DNA of 27,730 nucleotides from Aestuariivirgaceae bacterium (GCA_028282065.1 JANQIR010000128.1:1-27730); one strand, 5' to 3'. Shown: positions 1 through 8,541, numbered from the stretch's first letter. Numbers and translations are program-made. Notes: a model not told the origin generated them from the letters alone.

Positions 1-40
1 CACCACTTTTTCGCCCGCGCCCTGCTCGATACTTGCCAGC

Positions 41-89
41 GATCACGTTCCATGACTTTGGATCGAAACAATCCAAAGTCATCGTGATC
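41..89. repeat. Long imperfect palindrome/hairpin: GATCACG..CATGACTTTGGAT [cgaaaca] ATCCAAAGTCATCGTGATC. A 12-bp perfect stem plus a 7-bp outer stem, separated by a small bulge.
   Basis: Read directly from the sequence; the reverse complement of 71-89 matches 41-63 apart from a 4-nt bulge. No T-run follows on either strand, so this is not a canonical intrinsic terminator. Confidence 0.5.
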
Positions 90-423
90 TGTCGGGACGA
101 GCGAATTTGCGCCAATTCCGGTGCAAAGCCCCTCCACCATATGCCAGATATGTTGTTCGGGTCTTTGCTTGATCTTGTCACAAATTCGCTCCGTCAGAAT
201 GGTTCAATATGATCGCAAAGTGCTCTAGCGGACCAGACACCCGGTGTCAGCGTCCGGTTGCCGGGATCTCCGGACCCCGCCAGCATACTCGCCGGGCATA
301 CGTTCTGCACGATCCGGTGTTATGGTTTCCAGACCGTTAACAAGCCGCAACCGGCTTGCCATTAAAGGCATGTAGACGGAAACGAGGGCGAAATTGCGAT
401 TGTGCGGTTTCGGGGGAAGGTGT

Positions 424-1260
424 TCAGGGCCTTTGCACAGGCTGTTCAGGCGGTGTATCGGTCAGGCCATCTTCGAACTGGCGGGCAATCTTGTCGCCCA
501 CCGGCCAGGCGAGTTTCAGATAGCCTGCCGGTGTAAAATGGATACCGTCATTGGCCCGCAGCCTGACCTTCTTTCCGGCCACGGACTTGCCATAGGATGT
601 GTATTCGCCGCTCTTGGCGAAGCGGGACCAGTTCTCGAAAAACTCGATTTGGTTGCGTTTTGCCGCCTTGGCATAGACTTCATTGAGAACCTTGTAATAG
701 CGCCGGTAGTCCGTACGGCGCACGATCGGTATGCCGATCCAGTAGACCGGCACCTTTTGTGCCTTGAAGATCTCTACCAGTCTATCAATGCGGGCACCGT
801 ATTCCTGTTTCCAACCAGGTTCGCCAAAGGCGAATGACCGGCCGCTGGTCCAGATCGGCAGGATGTCATTGGCGCCGAACATATAGACGACGGCGTCGAT
901 CTTCTCGCCTCTTGCGATCTTCGAGGCGGCGCGTTGCCAGTTGAATTTGCCACGGTTGGCAAGACCGGTGGAAATCTTGGTCTTGCGTTTGATTTTGACG
1001 TTCTTCTTGTCGCGAAAATAGCTGTAGAGGCCGGTCCATGCGCCGTGGGCCAAAGAGTCGCCGATAACATATACGGTGTGGTGACGTTCTTGTGGCTGCT
1101 GCTTCGAGGCGGCGGCGGCTACGACGATTGCTTCGTCTGCCCGAAGTGTATTGGTATCAGCGGGCCCCAAGAGTACAGCCAAGACCAGGCAAACTACGAC
1201 GGCAATCCTACTGAACGCCGCAGGTGCGGCGCACGCACCTCTCTTACAACGTAACGCCAT
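424..1260 (-). CDS. SGNH/GDSL-family hydrolase (DUF459-like) with N-terminal signal/anchor segment
   Basis: 278-aa ORF. It has an N-terminal hydrophobic segment and the motif VYVIGDSLAHG (GDS(L) catalytic Ser block). It also has conserved GANDI- and DGIH-type blocks typical of SGNH hydrolases. Confidence 0.75.
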   Translation of the reverse strand: MALRCKRGACAAPAAFSRIAVVVCLVLAVLLGPADTNTLRADEAIVVAAAASKQQPQERHHTVYVIGDSLAHGAWTGLYSYFRDKKNVKIKRKTKISTGLANRGKFNWQRAASKIARGEKIDAVVYMFGANDILPIWTSGRSFAFGEPGWKQEYGARIDRLVEIFKAQKVPVYWIGIPIVRRTDYRRYYKVLNEVYAKAAKRNQIEFFENWSRFAKSGEYTSYGKSVAGKKVRLRANDGIHFTPAGYLKLAWPVGDKIARQFEDGLTDTPPEQPVQRP

Positions 1261-1549
1261 CTCCGCTACTCACTCCCGGCCCTTTCCAGTCATCTCCTCT
1301 GGTCTTAAGCGAAGCCCGGCAACTGCGCAATGCACCGGGTGCTCAACATCATGTTATTGGGTCAATGACGTGCTGACATGTTGCGATCGGGTCACACGTG
1401 AGATGCGGAGCCGGAGCGCGTTCAGGTTGGGGCTATTTTGGTTTCCCTGAGCCGGCTGTTCGTACTTTCTGCCTTGACCGTGGCAATTGTCAGGTTCAGC
1501 CTGTACCTGTTGCAGGCATCCCCGCCACGGCCCGCAGGTCTCAACAGCA

Positions 1550-2995
1550 ATGGCTTATCCATTCGGTCACAGGCGCAATCTGGCGCTCGGAACGGTCATG
1601 TGCCTCATGATGGGCCTGGAACTGGCTGCCATCCTCTTTGATGTTTGGCCATTGCAGGCTGGCGTCATTGCCTGTGTCGTGGTGTTGCCGGTGCTCGGGC
1701 TGCCGGCGCTTAGAGGGCGGGAATTCTATCTGTTGTCCGCAGCGGCCGTGCTTGCCGCCATTGCATTGTGGCGAGACGGATTTAACGTGGAACTTTACTG
1801 GCAGGCGCTCAGCCGGTCCGGTTTTCTGGCCAGTTTCATCTTGCTGATGGGTTTGCTGCGTGATGGGGCTGTTACGTCGTCGGCCGTGGCGCAGTGCGGT
1901 GCATTCATTACCCGCCAGCCGTCGCGGCGCAGGTTTTTTGCGGTGTTCTCTGGGGCTCATGCCTTTGCGGTGCTGATCAATCTTGGGGCCTTAAGCTTGC
2001 TGGCGCCGATCATTCAGCTCGGGGTGCGGCAGGGCAAGCCACCCGGCGAGCCGCTTGATGAGATCTCGCAGATCCGCGAGCGCAGGCAACTGACTGCGGT
2101 CTTGCGTGGGTTCTCATGGTTCCTGGTTTGGGCACCGACCGCGGTTACCCAAGCCGTTCTGCCGACACTGATGACGGGGGTCGACAGCTTACGGTTGATC
2201 AAGCTGGGGCTTGGCATTGCGGCCGTGATGTTTTTGACAAGCTGGGCGGAAGATACGATGCGGTGGTGGTCTTACCGCAAGAAACTGGTTTCGGAGGGAG
2301 CTCTGCCGTCGTTTCAGCCCATGCCGTTTCCATCTCAGTCTTTCCGTAACCTGGGGGCCGTGTGCTTCGGGTTGTTCGGTCTGTCGATTGGCTTCTTGAC
2401 CCTGGTGGGAACGAGCATTGTGGAGGCGGTCATGCTTTCGGCGCCGCTTGTCGTCGTTACATGGATACTTGCACAAAACAGTCACATGGGAACCGCAGGC
2501 GCGGTGCGCGCAACCCGGGCGCGGTTGATCGAGATTGCCACGACTGCCGTACCCGGTTCTATTCGTGAGACCGTGTCGCTGGCGGCGGCGGGGTTCATCG
2601 GAACCCTTGCTGCGCATCTCACGCCTGTTGATGTGTTGTCGCAGTGGCTCGACCCGAACGTCGTGCCAGCGTGGGTGTTCATGCTAGGCCTTGCACTTGC
2701 GGTCCTTGCCGGAGGACAGATCGCACTCAGCCCGATAACCATGGCGGTGTTCCTGGGAAGTGTGGTGGCGGCCATGCCGACAATCCCCGCAGATGCAACA
2801 CTTGCAGCGCTCGGCATTGCTGCGGGGACCGCCATTTGCACCACCGGATCGCCATTTGCCTCCGGGACCCTGGTGCTCGCCAGGGCCTCGGGGCGCACGG
2901 GCGTCGAACTGACATGGCGATGGAACCTGGCTTATACCATTGCCGCTTGTGCTGTGCTGGCCATCTTGTTCGCCGCGATCACCGGTGGCCGGTAA
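1550..2995 (+). CDS. Polytopic inner-membrane protein of unknown function (about 12 predicted TM segments)
   Basis: Long ORF (track 1487..2995 with TTG start; first ATG at 1550). Strongly hydrophobic throughout with GC3-rich codon usage; no recognisable catalytic motif. Start codon is uncertain. Confidence 0.55.
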   Translation: MAYPFGHRRNLALGTVMCLMMGLELAAILFDVWPLQAGVIACVVVLPVLGLPALRGREFYLLSAAAVLAAIALWRDGFNVELYWQALSRSGFLASFILLMGLLRDGAVTSSAVAQCGAFITRQPSRRRFFAVFSGAHAFAVLINLGALSLLAPIIQLGVRQGKPPGEPLDEISQIRERRQLTAVLRGFSWFLVWAPTAVTQAVLPTLMTGVDSLRLIKLGLGIAAVMFLTSWAEDTMRWWSYRKKLVSEGALPSFQPMPFPSQSFRNLGAVCFGLFGLSIGFLTLVGTSIVEAVMLSAPLVVVTWILAQNSHMGTAGAVRATRARLIEIATTAVPGSIRETVSLAAAGFIGTLAAHLTPVDVLSQWLDPNVVPAWVFMLGLALAVLAGGQIALSPITMAVFLGSVVAAMPTIPADATLAALGIAAGTAICTTGSPFASGTLVLARASGRTGVELTWRWNLAYTIAACAVLAILFAAITGGR

Positions 2996-3113
2996 AACAA
3001 TCTGCAATACACTGCAGTTGGAGCAATTCCCGTAAAGGTTGTTTAAACAGAGTGGTGCATCCTTAAGGTGCAATTCTAGTTAGCCGCAAGCATGAGTTTG
3101 AAAGGTAACCAGG

Positions 3114-3677
3114 ATGACACCACGGCGAATAGCGATCTTCAAGCCGGATGGCACGAGACATGGTGGGTTTGGGCGCGAGATCCCGCTCGATGTTATGGAA
3201 CGGGAGTTGTGTGAACTTGGTTTCAGACCGCACGAACCGCAAAAGCGGCTGTTGCCGGGCAATAACTTCAGGCTTGGTGGACTGGCAACCGGTTGTTGCA
3301 ATGTCTATGAAATTGACGAGACGGAGCTTTTGGGCCGTGAAGAGATGTTGCGGAGCGCCGGGTTTGCCGTTTGGCCGGAACGCTCCGATCCGGTAAGTCC
3401 GCTGTATGACGGGTCGTTCGAAGACGGTGCTGAGAGCGAAGAAACAGTGTTCGACGATGAATGGCAGGGCTGCGAGGCGATGACGGCCGGATGCGAAACA
3501 GCCGACCCATCTATTGCCTATGTCGACAATGATGCGGGTGCGCTCGACGAGCTTTCCAATCAGCTCGTGCGTATTTGTGAAGAAACCGAGTATCCCAACA
3601 GCAGAGCCGAGGCCGAGCGGGTGAAGGCCGTGCTCAGTGCAGCTGCGCAACAACGGGATTCCATATGGCCTGAATGA
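3114..3677 (+). CDS. Hypothetical acidic cytoplasmic protein
   Basis: 187-aa ORF with ATG start and an AAAGGT SD-like sequence 7 nt upstream. Coding-like codon usage. Followed by two intrinsic terminators. No recognisable domain. Confidence 0.55.
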   Translation: MTPRRIAIFKPDGTRHGGFGREIPLDVMERELCELGFRPHEPQKRLLPGNNFRLGGLATGCCNVYEIDETELLGREEMLRSAGFAVWPERSDPVSPLYDGSFEDGAESEETVFDDEWQGCEAMTAGCETADPSIAYVDNDAGALDELSNQLVRICEETEYPNSRAEAERVKAVLSAAAQQRDSIWPE

Positions 3678-3719
3678 TCTGGCTGACCGAAATCCTCACC
3701 ATTATCTAGTCTGAAATAT

Positions 3720-3748
3720 ACAGGCACGGCGGCGCTGTGCCTGTTTTG
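3720..3748 (+). terminator. Rho-independent terminator (ACAGGCAC-loop-GTGCCTGT followed by TTTT)
   Basis: Perfect 8-bp GC-rich stem and 9-nt loop, then TTTTG; 43 nt downstream of the 3114..3677 stop. Confidence 0.65.
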
Positions 3749-3777
3749 AGTCTGTGTGCGGTTTTGTGCGAACAAGC

Positions 3778-3818
3778 GAAAGTCCCGGCAGGGCCGTGCC
3801 GGGACTTTCTCTTTTTTG
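3778..3818 (+). terminator. Second, stronger rho-independent terminator (AAAGTCCCGGCA-gggccg-TGCCGGGACTTT followed by TCTCTTTTTT)
   Basis: 12-bp stem, 6-nt loop and a T6 tract. The T-run is only on the plus strand. Confidence 0.7.
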
Positions 3819-4409
3819 GGTGCCGCATTGGGGAGAAGGACAGCGTTCCCAATTTGCAGTGTTCTCTGCACGGATGCATGTGCTTGTGAACACGGGGGAA
3901 ACATGCCTGAAAACATCTAATACCCGGTTAACGTGTGCGCATGCAATTGATGCACGCAATAGGCGTTGTGCGGGTCAAGCTTTCCATTACACACCGCCGA
4001 TCGCGGCGCATACGGCTGAGCCTGCACCCCTGGCATGGCGGTACCCTTTCAGTGCGCTGGGCAAGGCCCCCTAAACCGGCTCAATTCCAAGAGATTATTG
4101 ATGGATACGGGTGGAAAAGTGCAGGTGCTTGTGCCCGTTCCGCTATAGGGGATCGTTAACCATATGCGCAAAATCCGGGCCCGCCAACCCGATAGCGTCA
4201 ATTTTGAGCAAATTGCCCGGCATCGCCGAAGAGTGTGTTTACGATTAGCAGCTAGCGTCAGAGCTGACCTTTTTGTTCGGGAAGTACCTGATGCTGATGC
4301 CTTTTGAGCTGCTGCCCGGCACACAGGCTTTCGAGCCGGGCAACCGAAGCTGAAGTTTTACATTGACCCCGGATGCCCATTGACCAGGGGAAGAGGTGGA
4401 ATAAGTTAT

Positions 4410-6542
4410 ATGACATGGACAGTTGCAAAAGACAGCGGAGCGGTTTCCTTTTCCCATTGGCTTGGCGACGCGTCCGAAGGAACCATTATCGGCAGGATGG
4501 GAACTGCTGAAGGTGCCCTGGCGGTGTCCGGCGGCCATGCGGTCGGTGGCGAGCAGGACGGAAAACGGTTCGAGGTCTTTCCCGGTCAATCCAAGTTTCT
4601 TTATGACGATCTGTTCTATCACATGCCGATGATGGTGCATGTGACGGATGGTGACGGCATTCTCTTGTCATGCAACAAGAACACGATCGATACGCTTGGT
4701 TTCGCTGAGGAAGAGCTGATCGGAAAGCATTGTCTCGATCTGGTAACCAGCGAATCGCGCGACAAGCTGCAGCGCGAAATCCTGCCGAGGTTCTTTGAAA
4801 CCGGGTTCTTCAGCAACGTTGAAATCAAGTTCCTGAGAAAGAGCGGTCAAACTGTCGATGTCCTGATGTCGGCTATCGGTTACAAGAACGCTGATGGGCG
4901 CATCGAGCGTGCCGTCGCGGTGTTTGCCGATATGACGGAACATTCGCGCACTCAGGCTGCCTTGCGCCAGAGTGAACAGCGCTTCCGCAACTCGTTTGAA
5001 GCCGCCGCACATGGCATGATGATTCTTACCGTGGATGGGCGGATCGCCGCTGTTAACGGTGCGATGACCGAGATGTTGGGCAAGAGCGAGTTTGACCTGT
5101 TGTCGAGCAGTTTCATGGACATCGTGTCGGGAGACGACCTGCCCAAAGTGCAGGATCTTGTCAGCCGGATCCGGGCCGGAAGCGGCGACGGGGTCAATGC
5201 CGAAATTGCCTATAGCGGTGCTGACGACAAGATCCTAAATGCGCTCACCAGCATATCCGCGGTGCGCGACAGTTATGGCAAAGTCGATCAGTTCATCGTA
5301 CAGGCCGTGGACATTACCGGGCGGCAGCGGGCTGAAGAACATCTGCGACAGGCGCAGAAAATGGAGGCCGTGGGCCAGCTTACCGGCGGTATCGCACATG
5401 ACTTCAACAACCTGCTAACCGTTGTTATCGGCAATCTGCAACTGGTTGAGAGCGCTTTGAAGGGTAACGACAAGGCGCAAAAGCGGGCCAAGGAAGCCAT
5501 TGACGCTGCGACCAAGGGCTCGGAACTGACCAAGCAGCTTCTGGCGTTTGCCCGCAGACAGTCGCTGACACCGCAGGAATTGAAGGTCAACCAGCTGATT
5601 GAAGGTATGGCCGGGCTGTTACAGAGGTCGGTTGGCGAAGCCGTGGAGCTTCGTGTCGATCTGATGGACGGTGATCCCATGGTTGAGGCCGATCCCACCC
5701 AGCTTGAGACTTCGATCCTCAATCTGGCGATCAACGCACGCGATGCAATGACGAAGGGTGGGCGGCTTACCATCGAGACATCTTCTGAGTATCTCGACGC
5801 AGACTATGCCCGTGATCATGAAGAGGTCACGCCTGGCCACTATCTGATGATCGCTGTGTCGGATACCGGATCCGGTATCCCCAAACATCTGCTTCACAAA
5901 GTATTCCAGCCGTTCTTCACGACAAAGGAAGTGGGCAAGGGAACAGGTCTCGGGCTTTCTATGGTTTTCGGATATATCAAGCAATCCGGCGGGCATGTGA
6001 AGGTCTACAGCGAGGAAGGGCGCGGTACGTCCATCAAGCTCTATTTGCCGCGCAAGTTTGCCGATGGCGAGCTGGCTGCTGAAGGGACCGGAAAGTCCAA
6101 GCAGAAGGAAGAGCGCAAGGGCAAGATCCTGGTTGTCGAAGATCAGGAAAACGTGCGGGACGTCGCCGTCGAATTTCTTGAGGAATTCGGCTACGAGGTT
6201 GTACAGGCCGGCGATGCCGTGGAGGCGTTGCAGGTCCTGCAGGATCACCCGGATGTCGATTTGCTGTTCACCGATGTCGTTATGCCAGGCGGCATGAACG
6301 GATTCGATCTCAGTCAGGCGGCCGAGCAGATCCGGCCGGATCTTAAGGTTGTTCACGCATCGGGTTATCCGAAAGGTGCCATGGTGCATCAAGAAGAGCC
6401 GCGACTGAAGGACAACCTGATCTCCAAGCCGTATCAGCGCGAGGAACTGCAGCGCGTCATCGAGCAAACGCTCAAAGGCGAAGGCGCGATTGAGCTCGAT
6501 GCGCAGGACCGCGTCCTGGCGGCCGGCGGCGGGCAGTCCTGA
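4410..6542 (+). CDS. Cytoplasmic hybrid sensor histidine kinase / response regulator (PAS-PAS-HisKA-HATPase_c-REC)
   Basis: H-box AHDFNNLLTVVIGNLQL. N/G boxes NLAINARDAM, DTGSGI, GTGLGLSMV. C-terminal receiver with KILVVEDQ..., LLFTDVVMPGGMNG and a Lys-Pro motif. No TM segments. ATG at 4410 is preceded by AGAGGTGGA; the track start 4380 is a TTG. Confidence 0.85.
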   Translation: MTWTVAKDSGAVSFSHWLGDASEGTIIGRMGTAEGALAVSGGHAVGGEQDGKRFEVFPGQSKFLYDDLFYHMPMMVHVTDGDGILLSCNKNTIDTLGFAEEELIGKHCLDLVTSESRDKLQREILPRFFETGFFSNVEIKFLRKSGQTVDVLMSAIGYKNADGRIERAVAVFADMTEHSRTQAALRQSEQRFRNSFEAAAHGMMILTVDGRIAAVNGAMTEMLGKSEFDLLSSSFMDIVSGDDLPKVQDLVSRIRAGSGDGVNAEIAYSGADDKILNALTSISAVRDSYGKVDQFIVQAVDITGRQRAEEHLRQAQKMEAVGQLTGGIAHDFNNLLTVVIGNLQLVESALKGNDKAQKRAKEAIDAATKGSELTKQLLAFARRQSLTPQELKVNQLIEGMAGLLQRSVGEAVELRVDLMDGDPMVEADPTQLETSILNLAINARDAMTKGGRLTIETSSEYLDADYARDHEEVTPGHYLMIAVSDTGSGIPKHLLHKVFQPFFTTKEVGKGTGLGLSMVFGYIKQSGGHVKVYSEEGRGTSIKLYLPRKFADGELAAEGTGKSKQKEERKGKILVVEDQENVRDVAVEFLEEFGYEVVQAGDAVEALQVLQDHPDVDLLFTDVVMPGGMNGFDLSQAAEQIRPDLKVVHASGYPKGAMVHQEEPRLKDNLISKPYQREELQRVIEQTLKGEGAIELDAQDRVLAAGGGQS

Positions 6543-6718
6543 TAGGGCAAGATCTCAACCAGAGTTGATCATCTGATCCTCAAGCAGCCGGCGCTCCCGG
6601 CTTTGCTGGTCAAGTCACACAGCTTGGAGTTTTCGGCAGGAAACCCGGTTTCGAGAATGCCGGGTGACTGCGGTCCGAACAATTTCCGGGCGGTGCGCTT
6701 TGCCGGCCAGGCTTGTAG

Positions 6719-6751
6719 ATGCACATCCATACCATCTTCGATCTGCTGGCC
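6719..6751 (+). repeat. Left direct repeat (33 bp, 30/33 identical to 7837..7869): atgcacatccataccatcttcgatctgctggcc
   Basis: Duplicates the ATG and first 11 codons of the Lgt-like gene (MHIHTIFDLLA vs MHIHSIFDLLA). It opens a 30-codon orphan ORF that runs into the AT-rich segment. Confidence 0.7.
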
Positions 6752-7836
6752 TTCTGGTGTGCCCAATGGATTTCCAAGACTTTGGTGTTTACATATATTC
6801 TGATTTTCTAATCACTTGACCTCTGCATTCCGCTTTCTATTTATCGAGAAAGAATCGACAATTTCGGAAATTCTACCAGCTTGCTCCAGAAAATCAGCAC
6901 TTGTTTTTTCTCCAGAAATTATTGAACTCATGCCAAGAAGTATTTTTCTTTCTATTGATTTATTTATATATGTCAATCTATTGACTGTCATTTTCTCTAA
7001 TTTATCCATTTCGTTATTACTTAATGTATTTTCTATTAGTTTTTGGATGATTTCATCATTGCGCCAATCGTTTAATTCACTATCCAAATGAAAATTTCGC
7101 AAAATGTAGGCTGTTCGAATATTTATGGCTCGGTAAGCGTTGTATAGTGCCCAAACGTAATCACCAATGTAGAGTCGTGCCGTTTCAATTTCCTGGTCCA
7201 ATTTGGATATAACATTCACCATCTTGTCATCAACGGACGTCGTGTCTTCGCTAATCGAAAGGTGATTGCGCAGTTCTTCAGGCTTTAAGATATCAGCGTG
7301 CAAAAGCACTTCTGGGGCTACTTGGCGAACTTTTAGAAAGTCCTGCCAAACTCGTTCGCAAGCGTCGAGACGGCGTTCATGGAGCTTTTCTTGACCGCTG
7401 GCATATGTTGCCAAAGCGGCGCGCTGCACCTCAATCTTTTCATTGAAGCTAGCGCTCAGTAGGGCTAAAGCCGTCTCACGTTCTGATGTTAGGTCTGATT
7501 TTAGTCGCTCCAATCTTTCATCGAATATGTGCCTCGCCGAGGAAGTAAGGAATTGACCAATGTATTTCCGCGAAAGCCATCCAATTACGGCCATAAGACC
7601 CATTGTTATGAACGTCGGAACGGCGAAATCAGCAAGGTAACTCACAACGTGGCCCTTCGCTCTCTGATATTTGCGACTATTTTATTGCTTACCCGCAAAC
7701 CAACCAATTGCAATTTCAATCATCATTTTTGTGCAGTGATGTCCGTGACGCTATTGCAAGTGTGAAGTGCAGGTGATGTGCGAGTCGGATTTTCATGATC
7801 GATATTCTGAGAGACTAATTGGGTTTTGTTTCAATG
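6752..7836. mobile_element. About 1.1-kb AT-rich insertion (GC well below flanks) bounded by 33-bp direct repeats. Carries one gene. No recombinase visible.
   Basis: Abrupt compositional shift: flanks are about 60% GC, the interior is visibly AT-rich, especially 6780-7150. Flanking direct repeats are at 6719..6751 and 7837..7869. Confidence 0.5.
6812..7645 (-). CDS. Hypothetical membrane-anchored protein (N-terminal TM helix plus about 250-aa soluble, partly coiled-coil-like domain) encoded on the AT-rich insertion
   Basis: 277-aa ORF with GTG start and GAAGGG 10 nt upstream. Single N-terminal hydrophobic helix (FAVPTFITMGLMAVIGWL). Atypical composition for this genome: Asn/Ile/Lys/Glu-rich. 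Confidence 0.6.
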   Translation of the reverse strand: MSYLADFAVPTFITMGLMAVIGWLSRKYIGQFLTSSARHIFDERLERLKSDLTSERETALALLSASFNEKIEVQRAALATYASGQEKLHERRLDACERVWQDFLKVRQVAPEVLLHADILKPEELRNHLSISEDTTSVDDKMVNVISKLDQEIETARLYIGDYVWALYNAYRAINIRTAYILRNFHLDSELNDWRNDEIIQKLIENTLSNNEMDKLEKMTVNRLTYINKSIERKILLGMSSIISGEKTSADFLEQAGRISEIVDSFSINRKRNAEVK

Positions 7837-8541
7837 ATGCACATTCATTCTATCTTCGATCTGCTGGCCGCCACGGCGTCATTCGCGTTGACCACCGTCG
7901 TTTATCTGCGGTGGCTCAAGGATGATGCGCCTTCAGTGCTGGAGACGTCCGGGGCTGGATATGCAGTGGCCCTGATCGCAGGTGCCATTACCGGCGGCTA
8001 TTTCTTCGGCGCGCTCAATCTGTGGCTAACTGGTGCGCCGGGTATCGGGCGCTCCATTCTCGGCGCTCTGGCCGGCGCTATTGCTTTTGTGGAAATATTC
8101 AAAAAAATCAAAGGGATAAAAGGTTCAACCGGCCTGATTTTTGTTCCGGCCTTTGCCTGCTCGGTGATGGTTGGGCGGTGGGGCTGTTTCCTCTCAGGTC
8201 TGGAGGATCAGACGCATGGGGTGGAGACGTCGCTGCCCTGGGGCCATGATTTTGGTGACGGCCTCTTGCGCCATCCGGTTCAGCTCTACGAGTCCTTCGC
8301 CATGACGGCATTTCTCATCGCCGCATTGGTCATGATCGCGCGCCGCCAGCCGATGTTCATGCGAAATGGGTTTTATCTCCTGGTTTTGTGGTATGCGGGA
8401 CAACGGTTTATCTGGGAATTTCTGAAACCCTACGGAACGGTATTTTTGGAATTGAACATCTTTCATTTTTTGTGTCTCGGGCTTATTGTGTACGCCGTGG
8501 CGATGATGCGGGGAGGCCAGAATGAACGTTCCACTGCGTAA
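7819..8541 (+). CDS. Divergent Lgt-family protein (prolipoprotein diacylglyceryl transferase-like, PF01790-type) with altered catalytic positions
   Basis: 240-aa polytopic membrane protein. GRWGCFLSGLE aligns to the Lgt signature GRLGNFINGELWG. RHPVQLYES aligns to RHPSQLYE. GQRFIWEFLKP aligns to GAFRIIVEFFRQP of E. coli Lgt. N146 equivalent is Cys and H103 equivalent is absent. Start is TTG at 7819 or ATG at 7834/7837. Confidence 0.7.
   Translation: MGFVSMMHIHSIFDLLAATASFALTTVVYLRWLKDDAPSVLETSGAGYAVALIAGAITGGYFFGALNLWLTGAPGIGRSILGALAGAIAFVEIFKKIKGIKGSTGLIFVPAFACSVMVGRWGCFLSGLEDQTHGVETSLPWGHDFGDGLLRHPVQLYESFAMTAFLIAALVMIARRQPMFMRNGFYLLVLWYAGQRFIWEFLKPYGTVFLELNIFHFLCLGLIVYAVAMMRGGQNERSTA
7837..7869 (+). 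repeat. Right direct repeat (33 bp), equal to the 5' end of the Lgt-like CDS
   Basis: atgcacattcattctatcttcgatctgctggcc; 30/33 identity to 6719..6751. Confidence 0.7.

Noticed and set aside
394-837. 147-aa plus-strand ORF
   Set aside because: Lies entirely antisense to the well-supported SGNH hydrolase gene (424..1260). Gly/Arg/Cys-rich low-complexity translation typical of a GC-rich shadow ORF.
1487-1549. N-terminal 21-codon extension of the membrane protein (track start 1487)
   Set aside because: The track start is a TTG with no SD and the extension is Cys/Arg-rich (MSGSACTCCRHPRHG). The first ATG at 1550 is preferred, but the start remains uncertain.
5619-6467. 282-aa minus-strand ORF inside the histidine kinase gene
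   Set aside because: Antisense shadow of the PAS-HK-REC gene, which has unambiguous kinase motifs; no motifs of its own.
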